This document shows positions 1 through 7,497 of a stretch of 32,000 nucleotides of DNA, one piece after another. Location: positions 30,001 through 62,000 of the forward strand of contig NZ_CP047931.1 in the NCBI RefSeq assembly GCF_014280175.1, in the 5' to 3' direction. The stretch is from Synechococcus sp. A15-28. Lineage in GTDB: Bacteria; Cyanobacteriota; Cyanobacteriia; PCC-6307; Cyanobiaceae. Below the pieces are notes generated by a model that ran no database searches, was not told the DNA's origin, and saw only the letters and a program-made list of their open reading frames with translations. The stretch's first letter is position 1. Every line of letters starts with the position of its first letter. Made by a program: the position numbers and the translations under genes.

Positions 1-189
1 GGCTGCGGTCTGGTCATGGAAGACGCTGACGCCGAGCTGGGTGAGCTGCCGCGATGTGGGGGTCTCCCGTGGGTCCGATCCACTCACCGGATGACCTCGA
101 TCCGCAAGGATCTTCGCCAGTGCTGACATCCCGATACCGCCGACGCCGATGAAATGCACTGGGTGCTGGCGTTCAAGCGGACGGGACAA
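1..189 (-). CDS. murC: UDP-N-acetylmuramate--L-alanine ligase (MurC), N-terminal fragment; gene continues past the window start
   Basis: Minus-strand translation reads [62 protein letters not shown]. HFIGxGGxGMSxLA...G..VxGSD is the Mur-ligase N-terminal nucleotide-binding signature typical of MurC. An in-frame TGA (plus coordinates 199-201) bounds it upstream. Start is TTG at 189 or GTG at 159. Not in the ORF track because it is edge-truncated. Confidence 0.7.
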   Translation of the reverse strand, partial: MSRPLERQHPVHFIGVGGIGMSALAKILADRGHPVSGSDPRETPTSRQLTQLGVSVFHDQTAA

Positions 190-362
190 GGATCGGCATC
201 AGAGGCATGAAAGATAAGTCAGTTCAGACGTTGCGTCCCCCTTGGGTTGAGACGGATCGAATCGGGTTTGTGATTCAGGTGCCATCCGAAAAAACTCAGA
301 TTTTTGGCCAATTTCTGTATGATCGGCGGCCAAAACCCTTATGCGGCAACCCCGCTTCAGCT

Positions 363-1388
363 ATGACCCTGCGCGTTGCGATCAATGGATTCGGCCGAAT
401 TGGTCGCAATGTGATGCGGGGTTGGATCAGCCGTGGTGCTGACACAGGCCTGGAGATTGTGGGGATGAACTCCACCTCCGACCCCAAGACCAGCGCTCAC
501 CTGCTGACCTACGACTCGATTCTGGGCAAGCTCGATCCCAGTGTAAAGATCGAAACCACTGACGACACGATGATCGTCAATGGCAAGGAGATCAAGTTCT
601 TCGCCGACCGCAACCCTCTGAACTGCCCCTGGAAAGACTGGGGTGTGGATCTGGTGATCGAGTCCACCGGTGTGTTCAACACCGATGAGAAAGCCAGCAT
701 GCACATTGAAGCTGGTGCCAGCAAGGTGATCCTCACCGCACCGGGTAAAGGTGATGGCGTGGGGACCTTCGTGGTCGGCGTCAACGACGACCAGTACCGC
801 CACGAGGACTGGAACATCCTTTCCAACGCCAGCTGCACCACCAACTGCCTGGCCCCCATCGTCAAGGTTCTGGACCAGAACTTCGGCCTCGACTGGGGTC
901 TGATGACCACCATTCACAGCTACACCGGCGACCAGCGGATCCTGGACAACAGCCACCGCGATCTGCGCCGTGCCCGTGCAGCAGCCCTCAACATGGTCCC
1001 CACCACCACCGGTGCGGCCAAGGCCGTTGCTCTCGTTTACCCCGAGGTGAAGGGCAAGCTCACCGGCTTCGCCATGCGCGTTCCCACCCCCAACGTCTCC
1101 GCCGTTGACCTCACCTTCGGACCCTCCCGCGCCACCAGCGTTGACGAGGTGAAGGCTGTGATCAAGGCCGCCTCTGAGAACGGCATGAAGGGCATCATCA
1201 AGTACAGCGATCTGCCCCTGGTCTCCACCGACTACGCCGGCACCAACGAATCCACCATTTTCGATGCCGATCTCACCTATGCGATGGGCGACAAGGCTGT
1301 GAAGATCCTGGCCTGGTACGACAATGAGTGGGGCTACAGCCAGCGCGTCGTTGACCTGGCTGAAGTGGTGGCTCGCAACTGGAAGTGA
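363..1388 (+). CDS. gap2: Glyceraldehyde-3-phosphate dehydrogenase, cyanobacterial Calvin-cycle Gap2 type
   Basis: [16 protein letters not shown] Rossmann N-terminus and the [12 protein letters not shown] active-site motif, with full-length GAPDH similarity. The track ORF starts at 207, but the ATG at 363 gives the canonical 341-aa protein. The 52 upstream residues lie in lower-GC leader DNA. Confidence 0.93.
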   Translation: MTLRVAINGFGRIGRNVMRGWISRGADTGLEIVGMNSTSDPKTSAHLLTYDSILGKLDPSVKIETTDDTMIVNGKEIKFFADRNPLNCPWKDWGVDLVIESTGVFNTDEKASMHIEAGASKVILTAPGKGDGVGTFVVGVNDDQYRHEDWNILSNASCTTNCLAPIVKVLDQNFGLDWGLMTTIHSYTGDQRILDNSHRDLRRARAAALNMVPTTTGAAKAVALVYPEVKGKLTGFAMRVPTPNVSAVDLTFGPSRATSVDEVKAVIKAASENGMKGIIKYSDLPLVSTDYAGTNESTIFDADLTYAMGDKAVKILAWYDNEWGYSQRVVDLAEVVARNWK

Positions 1389-1413
1389 TCCGTTTTCATT
1401 GATCGGTTCGTTC

Positions 1414-1442
1414 ATCCCTTCCTTCGGGGAGGGATTTTTTTT
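1414..1442 (+). terminator. Rho-independent terminator downstream of gap2
   Basis: ATCCCTTCC-TTCG-GGGAGGGAT forms a 9-bp stem (one G-U pair) with a TTCG tetraloop. A T8 tract follows directly, 26 nt after the gap2 stop. Confidence 0.8.
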
Positions 1443-1462
1443 GGCGTCACCCGGCAGGTTCT

Positions 1463-2449
1463 TCAGCCCGGGGCGAAATGATCAAAGCCGCAGTCTTGAA
1501 CCGGGCCGAGGTCGTCTGTCCAGACGATCGATCCGGTTTGATCGGTGATCTGGCCGAAGCGTCGACAATCGGGCAAGGCCTGTTCCAGGGCGTCCGCCCA
1601 GGCCGGTGGCAGGCTGAGCACCAGCTCGAAATCTTCTCCCCCACCCAGGCACCAGCGGTCCCAGAGGTCTCCTTCTGGCCAGTCCTCGGCCTTTGGTAAC
1701 TGGCTGCGGATGAGTCGGGCGCCAGTACCGCTGCTGTTGCACAGCCCCCGAACAGCTGCCAGAAGCCCATCGCTGCTGTCGGTTCCGCCGGCACGCCAGG
1801 GAAGTTCAGCAGGTTTGCAAACCAGAAGACGGTTCAGAACATCCAGACGGGGCTGAGGACGCTGGTGTTGCCTGATCGCCTTGTCCCGGAGTGCCGCAGC
1901 AAGGCTGGTGGCTTGGAGCTGAGGGTCGTTCTGAAGAAGGGCCAGACCAAGGCGGCTGAGACCGTGGGGTCCGCTGCTGATCAGCACGTCTCCAGGTCGA
2001 GCGGCACTGCGCAGCAGCCGCAGCGGTCCGAGACGTCCCAGGGCAGTGACCGACAGCAAGCGGGTGGTCCCGGATGAGCAGTCGCCCCCCAGCAGTGTCC
2101 CGCCGTGTTGCTGAAGAGCTGCGCTGATGCCCTCGTAAACCTCCTCCACCCAGCTCCACGGCGTGGTGCCAGGGGCCACCAGCGCGACGGTGATCCCATC
2201 GATGCTCACGGCACCGCTGGCGGCCAGATCGGACAGATTGGCGGCGACAGCCCGCCATCCCACGTCGGCGGCTGCAGTGGTGGCATCGCTGAAATGGAGG
2301 CCGTCCACCAGCACATCGGTGTTCACCAGCAGCGGTCGGGCATCCGATGCGAGGCAAGCGGTGTCGTCGTCGAGTTGTCCCGGTGGAGCAAACCGGGCTA
2401 AGCGCTTCAGCAGCTCCGCTTCCCCCAGCTCCGCCAGGGTGGACGTCAT
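1463..2449 (-). CDS. thiL: Thiamine-monophosphate kinase
   Basis: 328 aa with the AIR-synthase-like/ThiL N-terminal pattern (DDTACL...LLVNTDVLVDGLHF). Its ATG overlaps the stop of the upstream cyclophilin gene (ATGA at 2446-2449). Confidence 0.85.
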   Translation of the reverse strand: MTSTLAELGEAELLKRLARFAPPGQLDDDTACLASDARPLLVNTDVLVDGLHFSDATTAAADVGWRAVAANLSDLAASGAVSIDGITVALVAPGTTPWSWVEEVYEGISAALQQHGGTLLGGDCSSGTTRLLSVTALGRLGPLRLLRSAARPGDVLISSGPHGLSRLGLALLQNDPQLQATSLAAALRDKAIRQHQRPQPRLDVLNRLLVCKPAELPWRAGGTDSSDGLLAAVRGLCNSSGTGARLIRSQLPKAEDWPEGDLWDRWCLGGGEDFELVLSLPPAWADALEQALPDCRRFGQITDQTGSIVWTDDLGPVQDCGFDHFAPG

Positions 2450-3555
2450 GCGTGGCTCAACAACCGGTCGGCACCGTCGGTCACTTTGATCGAAACGATG
2501 GAGTCATCCACGCCAAGTTCCTCCAGTACATCAAAGCCGTCCACGACATAGCCGAATGCAGCATTGCGGCCATCCACCAGGTTCAGACCCGCCGGAGTGA
2601 GCTCGGCCTCGTAGAGAAACATGAAGAACTGGGATGAGCCATCGTCGAGAGCCTGATCCGAATGGGCCCATCCCAGGGTTCCGAGGGTGGCGAAGGGAAG
2701 CGTCGGGGTGGCCTTGAACAGACCGACGTCTTCAAAGGTTTCGTTGTAAATGGTGTCCTCTTCTCCTGGCACACGGATCTCGAGGGGCACGTGCCGCTCC
2801 TGTTTGGTGCTGGGATCGATGTATCCGATTTCAGGACCTTCCGGATCACCGCTTTGCAGCACGTAGAAGTCCTCAGCGCGGATGAAGGGAAGTCCGTCGT
2901 AGAACCCCTTCTGGGCGAGATCGACAAAGGCACCTGCGGTGAGAGGGGCGTTGTAACCATCCACCACGGTGGTCAGATCCCCCTGTGTGGTGCTGATGGT
3001 GAGGGTGGCGCGGCCCTGCAGTCGCGGCAGGGCATCGAATTCCGAGGGGATCTCCCGCTGGAAGCCGTCCTCCACCAGCAGAGCTTCCACATCACCGATG
3101 TGGCTGAGGGTCTGGCGGCGATCGCGGATGAAGCCGGGCTTGTCGATCTCCCCGACCCGTTCTTGCATCGCCTGCAGGTCCTGTTCAACCTGCTTCAGGT
3201 AGGCCTCGGCACGATCGCGCCGTGCGGCGGGAACCGCCTCCAGGATGGTCCTCCGGCGGGTGCTGAGCAGCGCTTCACTGCGGGACACGGTCTTCCCCAG
3301 CGCACCCCACCGTTTTGCCCGCAGGTCATCACTGGTGAGCTCCAGCCGATGTTGCAGTTCGCGGATGTCGTCCTGCTCGAAGGGCAGAGAATCCCTCAGG
3401 ATTGCCGCGGGATCCTTCACCGCATTGCCCTGGGGCAGTGCAGCCCAGGCTGGAGCTGCAATGTTGATCAGGGCGAAGCCGAGCAAGGCGACCAGAACGG
3501 CCTTGAAACGCGGATGGGCCAAGGGGGAACCCCAGTGCTGACGGGACTTTGGCAC
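2446..3555 (-). CDS. Cyclophilin-type peptidyl-prolyl cis-trans isomerase with signal peptide and long N-terminal helical domain (TLP40/CYP38-like, thylakoid-lumen type)
   Basis: C-terminal cyclophilin domain ([22 protein letters not shown]..., SQFFMFL). N-terminal hydrophobic signal ends in APAWA. Start is GTG at 3555 or TTG at 3522. Confidence 0.85.
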   Translation of the reverse strand: MPKSRQHWGSPLAHPRFKAVLVALLGFALINIAAPAWAALPQGNAVKDPAAILRDSLPFEQDDIRELQHRLELTSDDLRAKRWGALGKTVSRSEALLSTRRRTILEAVPAARRDRAEAYLKQVEQDLQAMQERVGEIDKPGFIRDRRQTLSHIGDVEALLVEDGFQREIPSEFDALPRLQGRATLTISTTQGDLTTVVDGYNAPLTAGAFVDLAQKGFYDGLPFIRAEDFYVLQSGDPEGPEIGYIDPSTKQERHVPLEIRVPGEEDTIYNETFEDVGLFKATPTLPFATLGTLGWAHSDQALDDGSSQFFMFLYEAELTPAGLNLVDGRNAAFGYVVDGFDVLEELGVDDSIVSIKVTDGADRLLSHA

Positions 3556-3587
3556 AGCCGTATAGTCCGTTGAACCGTTCGGCCGGA

Positions 3588-4151
3588 ATGATCTCCAGCA
3601 ACGACTTCCGAACCGGCACCACGATTGAGATCGATGGTGCCGTCTGGCGTGTGGTGGAGTTCCTTCACGTGAAGCCTGGTAAGGGGTCTGCCTTCGTGCG
3701 CTCCAAGCTCAAGGCGGTGAAGACCGGCAACGTGGTGGAAAAGACCTTCCGCGCTGGGGAAATGGTCCCCCAGGCGCTGCTGGAGAAAGCGTCGCTTCAG
3801 CACACCTACATGGAAGGAGAGGACTACGTCTTCATGGACATGTCGTCCTACGAGGAAACCCGTCTCACGGCCGATCAGATCGGCGAAAGCCGCAAATACC
3901 TGAAAGAGGGGATGGAGGTGAACGTGGTCTCCTGGAACGGCAGTCCACTGGAGGTGGAACTGCCCAATTCCGTTGTGCTGGAGATCACCGAAACCGATCC
4001 GGGTGTTAAAGGCGACACCGCCACCGGTGGCACCAAGCCAGCCATCCTGGAAACCGGTGTTCAGGTGATGGTGCCCCTGTTCCTCTCCGTGGGCGAGAAG
4101 ATCAAGGTGGACACCCGCAGCGACAGCTATCTGGGTCGCGAAAACGGATGA
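3588..4151 (+). CDS. efp: Translation elongation factor P
   Basis: [42 protein letters not shown] is the canonical EF-P N-terminus. The ATG at 3588 gives 187 aa; the track ORF begins 39 nt upstream. Confidence 0.93.
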   Translation: MISSNDFRTGTTIEIDGAVWRVVEFLHVKPGKGSAFVRSKLKAVKTGNVVEKTFRAGEMVPQALLEKASLQHTYMEGEDYVFMDMSSYEETRLTADQIGESRKYLKEGMEVNVVSWNGSPLEVELPNSVVLEITETDPGVKGDTATGGTKPAILETGVQVMVPLFLSVGEKIKVDTRSDSYLGRENG

Positions 4152-4621
4152 CCATGCAGCTGGATCACGAACAACTGCATCGCCTGCTCGAAGTGCTGGG
4201 CGAGAGCGATATCCAGGAATTCCGGCTGGAGGGTGATGACTTCCGGCTCGAGATCCGCCGCAACCTGCCAGGACAGGCCGTCATGGCTCCGGTGATGCCG
4301 GCACCGGTGACTGCCGCAGCAGCACCGGCCGCAGCCACCCCAGCATCTCCACCACCCGCAGCGACCGCCACGCGCAGTGATCTCTTGGAGATCACCGCTC
4401 CAATGGTGGGCACGTTCTATCGCGCTCCTGCACCGGGTGAGCCACCGTTCATCGAAGTCGGCAATCGGATCGACGTCGGTCAGACGGTGTGCATCCTGGA
4501 GGCGATGAAGTTGATGAACGAGCTGGAAGCCGAAGTCAGCGGAGAGGTGGTGGAAATCCTGGTGGATAACGGCACCCCCGTCGAATTCGGTCAGGTCTTG
4601 ATGCGTGTGCGTCCGGCCTAA
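4148..4621 (+). CDS. accB: Acetyl-CoA carboxylase biotin carboxyl carrier protein
   Basis: Biotinylation motif EAMKLMNE with a Pro/Ala-rich linker. The start overlaps the efp stop (ATGA), matching the classic efp-accB arrangement. Confidence 0.92.
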   Translation: MTMQLDHEQLHRLLEVLGESDIQEFRLEGDDFRLEIRRNLPGQAVMAPVMPAPVTAAAAPAAATPASPPPAATATRSDLLEITAPMVGTFYRAPAPGEPPFIEVGNRIDVGQTVCILEAMKLMNELEAEVSGEVVEILVDNGTPVEFGQVLMRVRPA

Positions 4622-5640
4622 GACCCTGTGAGATTCCAAGCCGCCTGAAGGGCAGCGATCATGCTGTCTGGCCGGGCGGTGCCCCGGCCAGCGATGTCAA
4701 ATCCGGTGCCGTGATCCGGTGAGGTGCGCAGAAATGGCAGTTCAAGGGTGGTGTTGACGGCGGCGTCAAAAGCCAGCAGCTTCACCGGGATCAGGCCCTG
4801 ATCGTGGTACAGAGCCAGGTAGCCATCCGGACCCGAGGCCTCCGGTTGGTTCCATGCTCGAGCTGCGTTGAGCCAACAGGTGTCGGGAGGGACAGGGCCC
4901 TCCAGATGCACGGAGGGGTGCTGTTGGCGCCAGCGTTCCAGCAATGGGGTCAGCCAGGTGGTTTCCTCCTCCCCCAGCCGACCGGCCTCTCCGGCATGGG
5001 GGTTCAACCCTGCAACCACAAGATGGGGGTCGGACCGGAAGCGCCGGCAGAACTCCAGCAGCACGTTCAGCTTGTGTTCCACCAGGTCCGGCGTCAGCGC
5101 TGCGGTGATCTGACTGAAGGGAAGGTGTGTGGTGGCCAGAAGTGTGTTCAGCCGCCAGGTTCCATGGGGTGCGATGGCTGTGAAAAGCATCGAGCAGTGC
5201 CTTGAACCGGCAAGTTCGGCCAGCCGTTCCGTCTGACCGGGGTAGTGATGGCCTGCGGCATGCCAGAGGTGCTTGGCGATCGGTGCGGTAATCAGGGCTC
5301 GGCCCTGACCTTGCTGCACCCGCTCAACGGCGCGGGTCAGCCAGCGAAAACCCGCCGCCGCACCGGCCGTTGTCGGTTCTCCGGGCACAACAGACGTCTC
5401 CAGTGGTTGGTCGTCAATGCTCAGCTGACTGGGATCGGCGATCGATGTGAGCCCCTGCTGCTGCAGGCGGGCGTGGGTGGCGATCAAGCTGTGCCGGCAG
5501 CCGACAAGCACTGGCTGGAGCGATGGGGGCAGTGTGCTGCTCGCCAGTGCCTTGAGGGTGACCTCCATGCCGATACCGGCGGGATCACCGAGGGCGATCA
5601 CCAGCTGCTGGCTAGCGTTGAAGTCCAACGGTGAAGGCAT
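4618..5640 (-). CDS. pdxA: 4-hydroxythreonine-4-phosphate dehydrogenase
   Basis: 340 aa carrying the PdxA motifs GDPAGIG, HDQGLIPVK and TSPDHGTGFDIAG. Confidence 0.9.
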   Translation of the reverse strand: MPSPLDFNASQQLVIALGDPAGIGMEVTLKALASSTLPPSLQPVLVGCRHSLIATHARLQQQGLTSIADPSQLSIDDQPLETSVVPGEPTTAGAAAGFRWLTRAVERVQQGQGRALITAPIAKHLWHAAGHHYPGQTERLAELAGSRHCSMLFTAIAPHGTWRLNTLLATTHLPFSQITAALTPDLVEHKLNVLLEFCRRFRSDPHLVVAGLNPHAGEAGRLGEEETTWLTPLLERWRQQHPSVHLEGPVPPDTCWLNAARAWNQPEASGPDGYLALYHDQGLIPVKLLAFDAAVNTTLELPFLRTSPDHGTGFDIAGRGTARPDSMIAALQAAWNLTGS

Positions 5641-5822
5641 GGTCTGTGCTGAGGCTGTTGCTCCTGGGCTTGATGCTGGTGGGCCTGGCCACCGGATTGC
5701 ATCGCAAGTGGTTGGTTGTCGACTGGGTCAAGCTGACAGATGACCTGGGACTGGCGGCGCCTGATGATGCGGAGCCCTTTGATTTCAATCGGCTGATCAT
5801 CGGCGATCAGGACCGGGATTGA
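5631..5822 (+). CDS. Small hypothetical single-pass membrane protein (63 aa)
   Basis: GTG-initiated ORF. It is the only plausible coding frame in the 166-bp gap between two minus-strand genes. It has an N-terminal hydrophobic helix (LRLLLLGLMLVGLATGL), an acidic tail and host-like codon usage. It overlaps both neighbours by 10-16 bp. Confidence 0.4.
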   Translation: MKAWSVLRLLLLGLMLVGLATGLHRKWLVVDWVKLTDDLGLAAPDDAEPFDFNRLIIGDQDRD

Positions 5823-6712
5823 GCTTCCTGACGGAAACAGTCCTGCAGCCCGGCTTTGAAATCCGGGTGCAGCAGGGAGTAGCCGAGCTGGCGGCACAGC
5901 AGGGTGTTGCGAACCCGGCGGTTTTCGCTCCAGAACGACCGTGCCATGGCTGACATCGAACGACTGGCCACGTCGAAGGGTTCTTCCTCGGGAAGCTCAC
6001 ACTTGAGGAGATCTGCGCCGTACAGGAGTAGATCCTGCGGAGCTGCAGGGCAGTCATCGCTGACGTTGACGATGGCAGGCCCAGGCCCATCAGCGGCCCG
6101 ATGCATCAGATGCAGGCAGGCTCCGGCGATGTCATCCACATGGATGCGGCAGAACACCTGATCAGCCTTCAGGATCCGACGCGCCTTGCCGGTTTGCAGG
6201 CTGTTCAGCACCGAGCGGCCTGGTCCATAGATGCCAGGCAGCCTCAGGATCTGAACAGGGAGACCGGAGTCCAGCCAGGCCTGCTCACAGGCGTGTCGCC
6301 GTTCACTGCGCGGCTGGCCTGGATCGGCAGGGTCCTCTTCCGACACCCACTCACCCCGGCGGTCTCCGTAGACCCCTGTGGTGGAGAGATAGCCGACCCA
6401 GATCAGTGGTCGTTCTCGAAGTTGGGACCCGAGGTGGGTGAGCACCGGGTCCTGGCCCTCTGTGGTGGGGGGAATGGTGGAGAGCACGTGGGTGATCCCA
6501 TCCAGATCGTCCGCTGTCGGGATCTGCCCTGTAGCACTGTCAAAGATGAGATCGGCCTCTGATCCGTCGAGGTGGCGCCGGCTGCAACGCACCGTGGTGC
6601 CGAGGGCCCTGAGCAGTCGGGCCACGTGACCACCGCTGTAACCGCCTCCGAGCACCAGGACTCGTGCATCGGCCCTGAGCGGCTGGGATCGGTTGACAAG
6701 ATCGGACAGCAT
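5807..6712 (-). CDS. NAD(P)-binding Rossmann-fold protein, SDR / NAD-dependent epimerase-dehydratase family, substrate unknown
   Basis: 301 aa with the N-terminal VLVLGGGYSGGHVARLL glycine-rich dinucleotide-binding motif. Confidence 0.75.
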   Translation of the reverse strand: MLSDLVNRSQPLRADARVLVLGGGYSGGHVARLLRALGTTVRCSRRHLDGSEADLIFDSATGQIPTADDLDGITHVLSTIPPTTEGQDPVLTHLGSQLRERPLIWVGYLSTTGVYGDRRGEWVSEEDPADPGQPRSERRHACEQAWLDSGLPVQILRLPGIYGPGRSVLNSLQTGKARRILKADQVFCRIHVDDIAGACLHLMHRAADGPGPAIVNVSDDCPAAPQDLLLYGADLLKCELPEEEPFDVASRSMSAMARSFWSENRRVRNTLLCRQLGYSLLHPDFKAGLQDCFRQEAQSRS

Positions 6713-6744
6713 CAGTACACCTGTATTAGTTCGTCGCTGCCGTT

Positions 6745-6918
6745 ATGACCGCGAGTTGTCTGCCGACCGCACCCGCCCAGCGACGCGTGATCGCGGCGCG
6801 GGCCATTGTCGCCCTGACTGTTCTGGCCGGGGCGCTGACCCTTGCACCTGAGGATCCCCGAGCGCAGGCGTCAATCTGTCAACGCCACCATTCCGTTGAG
6901 GCCTGCCGCGTCTGGTGA
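6745..6918 (+). CDS. Hypothetical 57-aa secreted or membrane-anchored peptide with a two-Cys C-terminal module
   Basis: Not in the ORF track (under 60 aa). ATG 6745 to TGA 6916-6918 encodes MTASCLPTAPAQRRVIAARAIVALTVLAGALTLAPEDPRAQASICQRHHSVEACRVW. It has an RR-containing n-region, a hydrophobic h-region and an AQA-S cleavage-like site. GC-rich third positions match neighbouring genes. The other frames here give Arg-rich nonsense. Confidence 0.4.
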   Translation: MTASCLPTAPAQRRVIAARAIVALTVLAGALTLAPEDPRAQASICQRHHSVEACRVW

Positions 6919-6921
6919 TCG

Positions 6922-7323
6922 TCAGGCTGGTTGGTAGCTGAGTTCGGTGCCACCGTCGGGGTTTGGTTTTGATGCGTCCTGGGGTTGTGCCCACTGCAGC
7001 AATCGGAGCGCGAGGCGCAGGTCGCCGTCCATCCAGGCCCGAATGGCCATGGCGCGTCTGGGGTCATAGAACCGTTGACGGCGATACCAGTCGAAAACGT
7101 CAGCGTCGGACTTATGGCCGTTGCAGGAAAGACAGGCTGGAACGCAGTTTTCGGTAACACTCAGTCCGCCGTTGGCACGGGGGAGAATGTGATCAATGGA
7201 CTCAGAAGGTTTGCCGCAATAAATACAACTTTTTCCGGTATATGTGTGAAGGGATTGTCTCCATCGTCGGACGCGTAATTTGGGACAGAGTTCGTCGAGG
7301 AAAACCGCATCCCTGCTATGCAT
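6922..7323 (-). CDS. HNH endonuclease family protein
   Basis: CIYCGKPSESIDHILPRANGGLSVTENCVPACLSCNGHKSD contains CxxC...DH...N...CxxCNxxK, a complete HNH/zinc-finger nuclease motif. I prefer the ATG at 7323 (133 aa) over the 7434 track start. Confidence 0.85.
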   Translation of the reverse strand: MHSRDAVFLDELCPKLRVRRWRQSLHTYTGKSCIYCGKPSESIDHILPRANGGLSVTENCVPACLSCNGHKSDADVFDWYRRQRFYDPRRAMAIRAWMDGDLRLALRLLQWAQPQDASKPNPDGGTELSYQPA

Positions 7324-7497
7324 CCGAATGTTTTCGGTTGAGCAAAGTTTGCCGTGGAAGCTCCGCGCGTCAATGTGTCGTCGACTGCATTTTTGGCGAT
7401 TTGCTGGCAAAGAGCTGTGGTTGTTCAAGAACACTTGTTTTCAACCCTAGCCAACTTAAAGTGATGGTTTGCGGGGGATTTCATTCCCGACTCCGGA

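Noticed and set aside
295-323. Possible sigma70-type -10 (TATGAT, 318-323) upstream of gap2.
   Set aside because: There is no convincing -35 at proper spacing, so it cannot be distinguished from chance in an AT-richer leader without TSS data.
207-362. 52-codon in-frame N-terminal extension of gap2 in the ORF track.
   Set aside because: The GAPDH Rossmann fold begins right at the ATG at 363. The extension lies in lower-GC leader DNA shared with the divergent murC promoter and has no homology pattern.
357-1415. 352-aa ORF antisense to nearly all of gap2. There are similar long antisense ORFs at 2662-3573, 11762-12610, 14476-15480, 15992-17281, 19713-20618, 21228-21755 and 30068-30772.
   Set aside because: Each lies exactly opposite a strongly recognisable gene. 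They have Gly/His/Arg/Val/Ala-biased nonsense composition with no motifs, and some span gene boundaries. This is the typical stop-codon depletion seen on the antisense strand of high-GC coding DNA.
4618-4621. Overlapping stop codons of the convergent accB (TAA) and pdxA (TAG), plus ATGA overlaps at efp/accB and cyclophilin/thiL.
   Set aside because: This is ordinary genome compaction and translational coupling in a streamlined genome.
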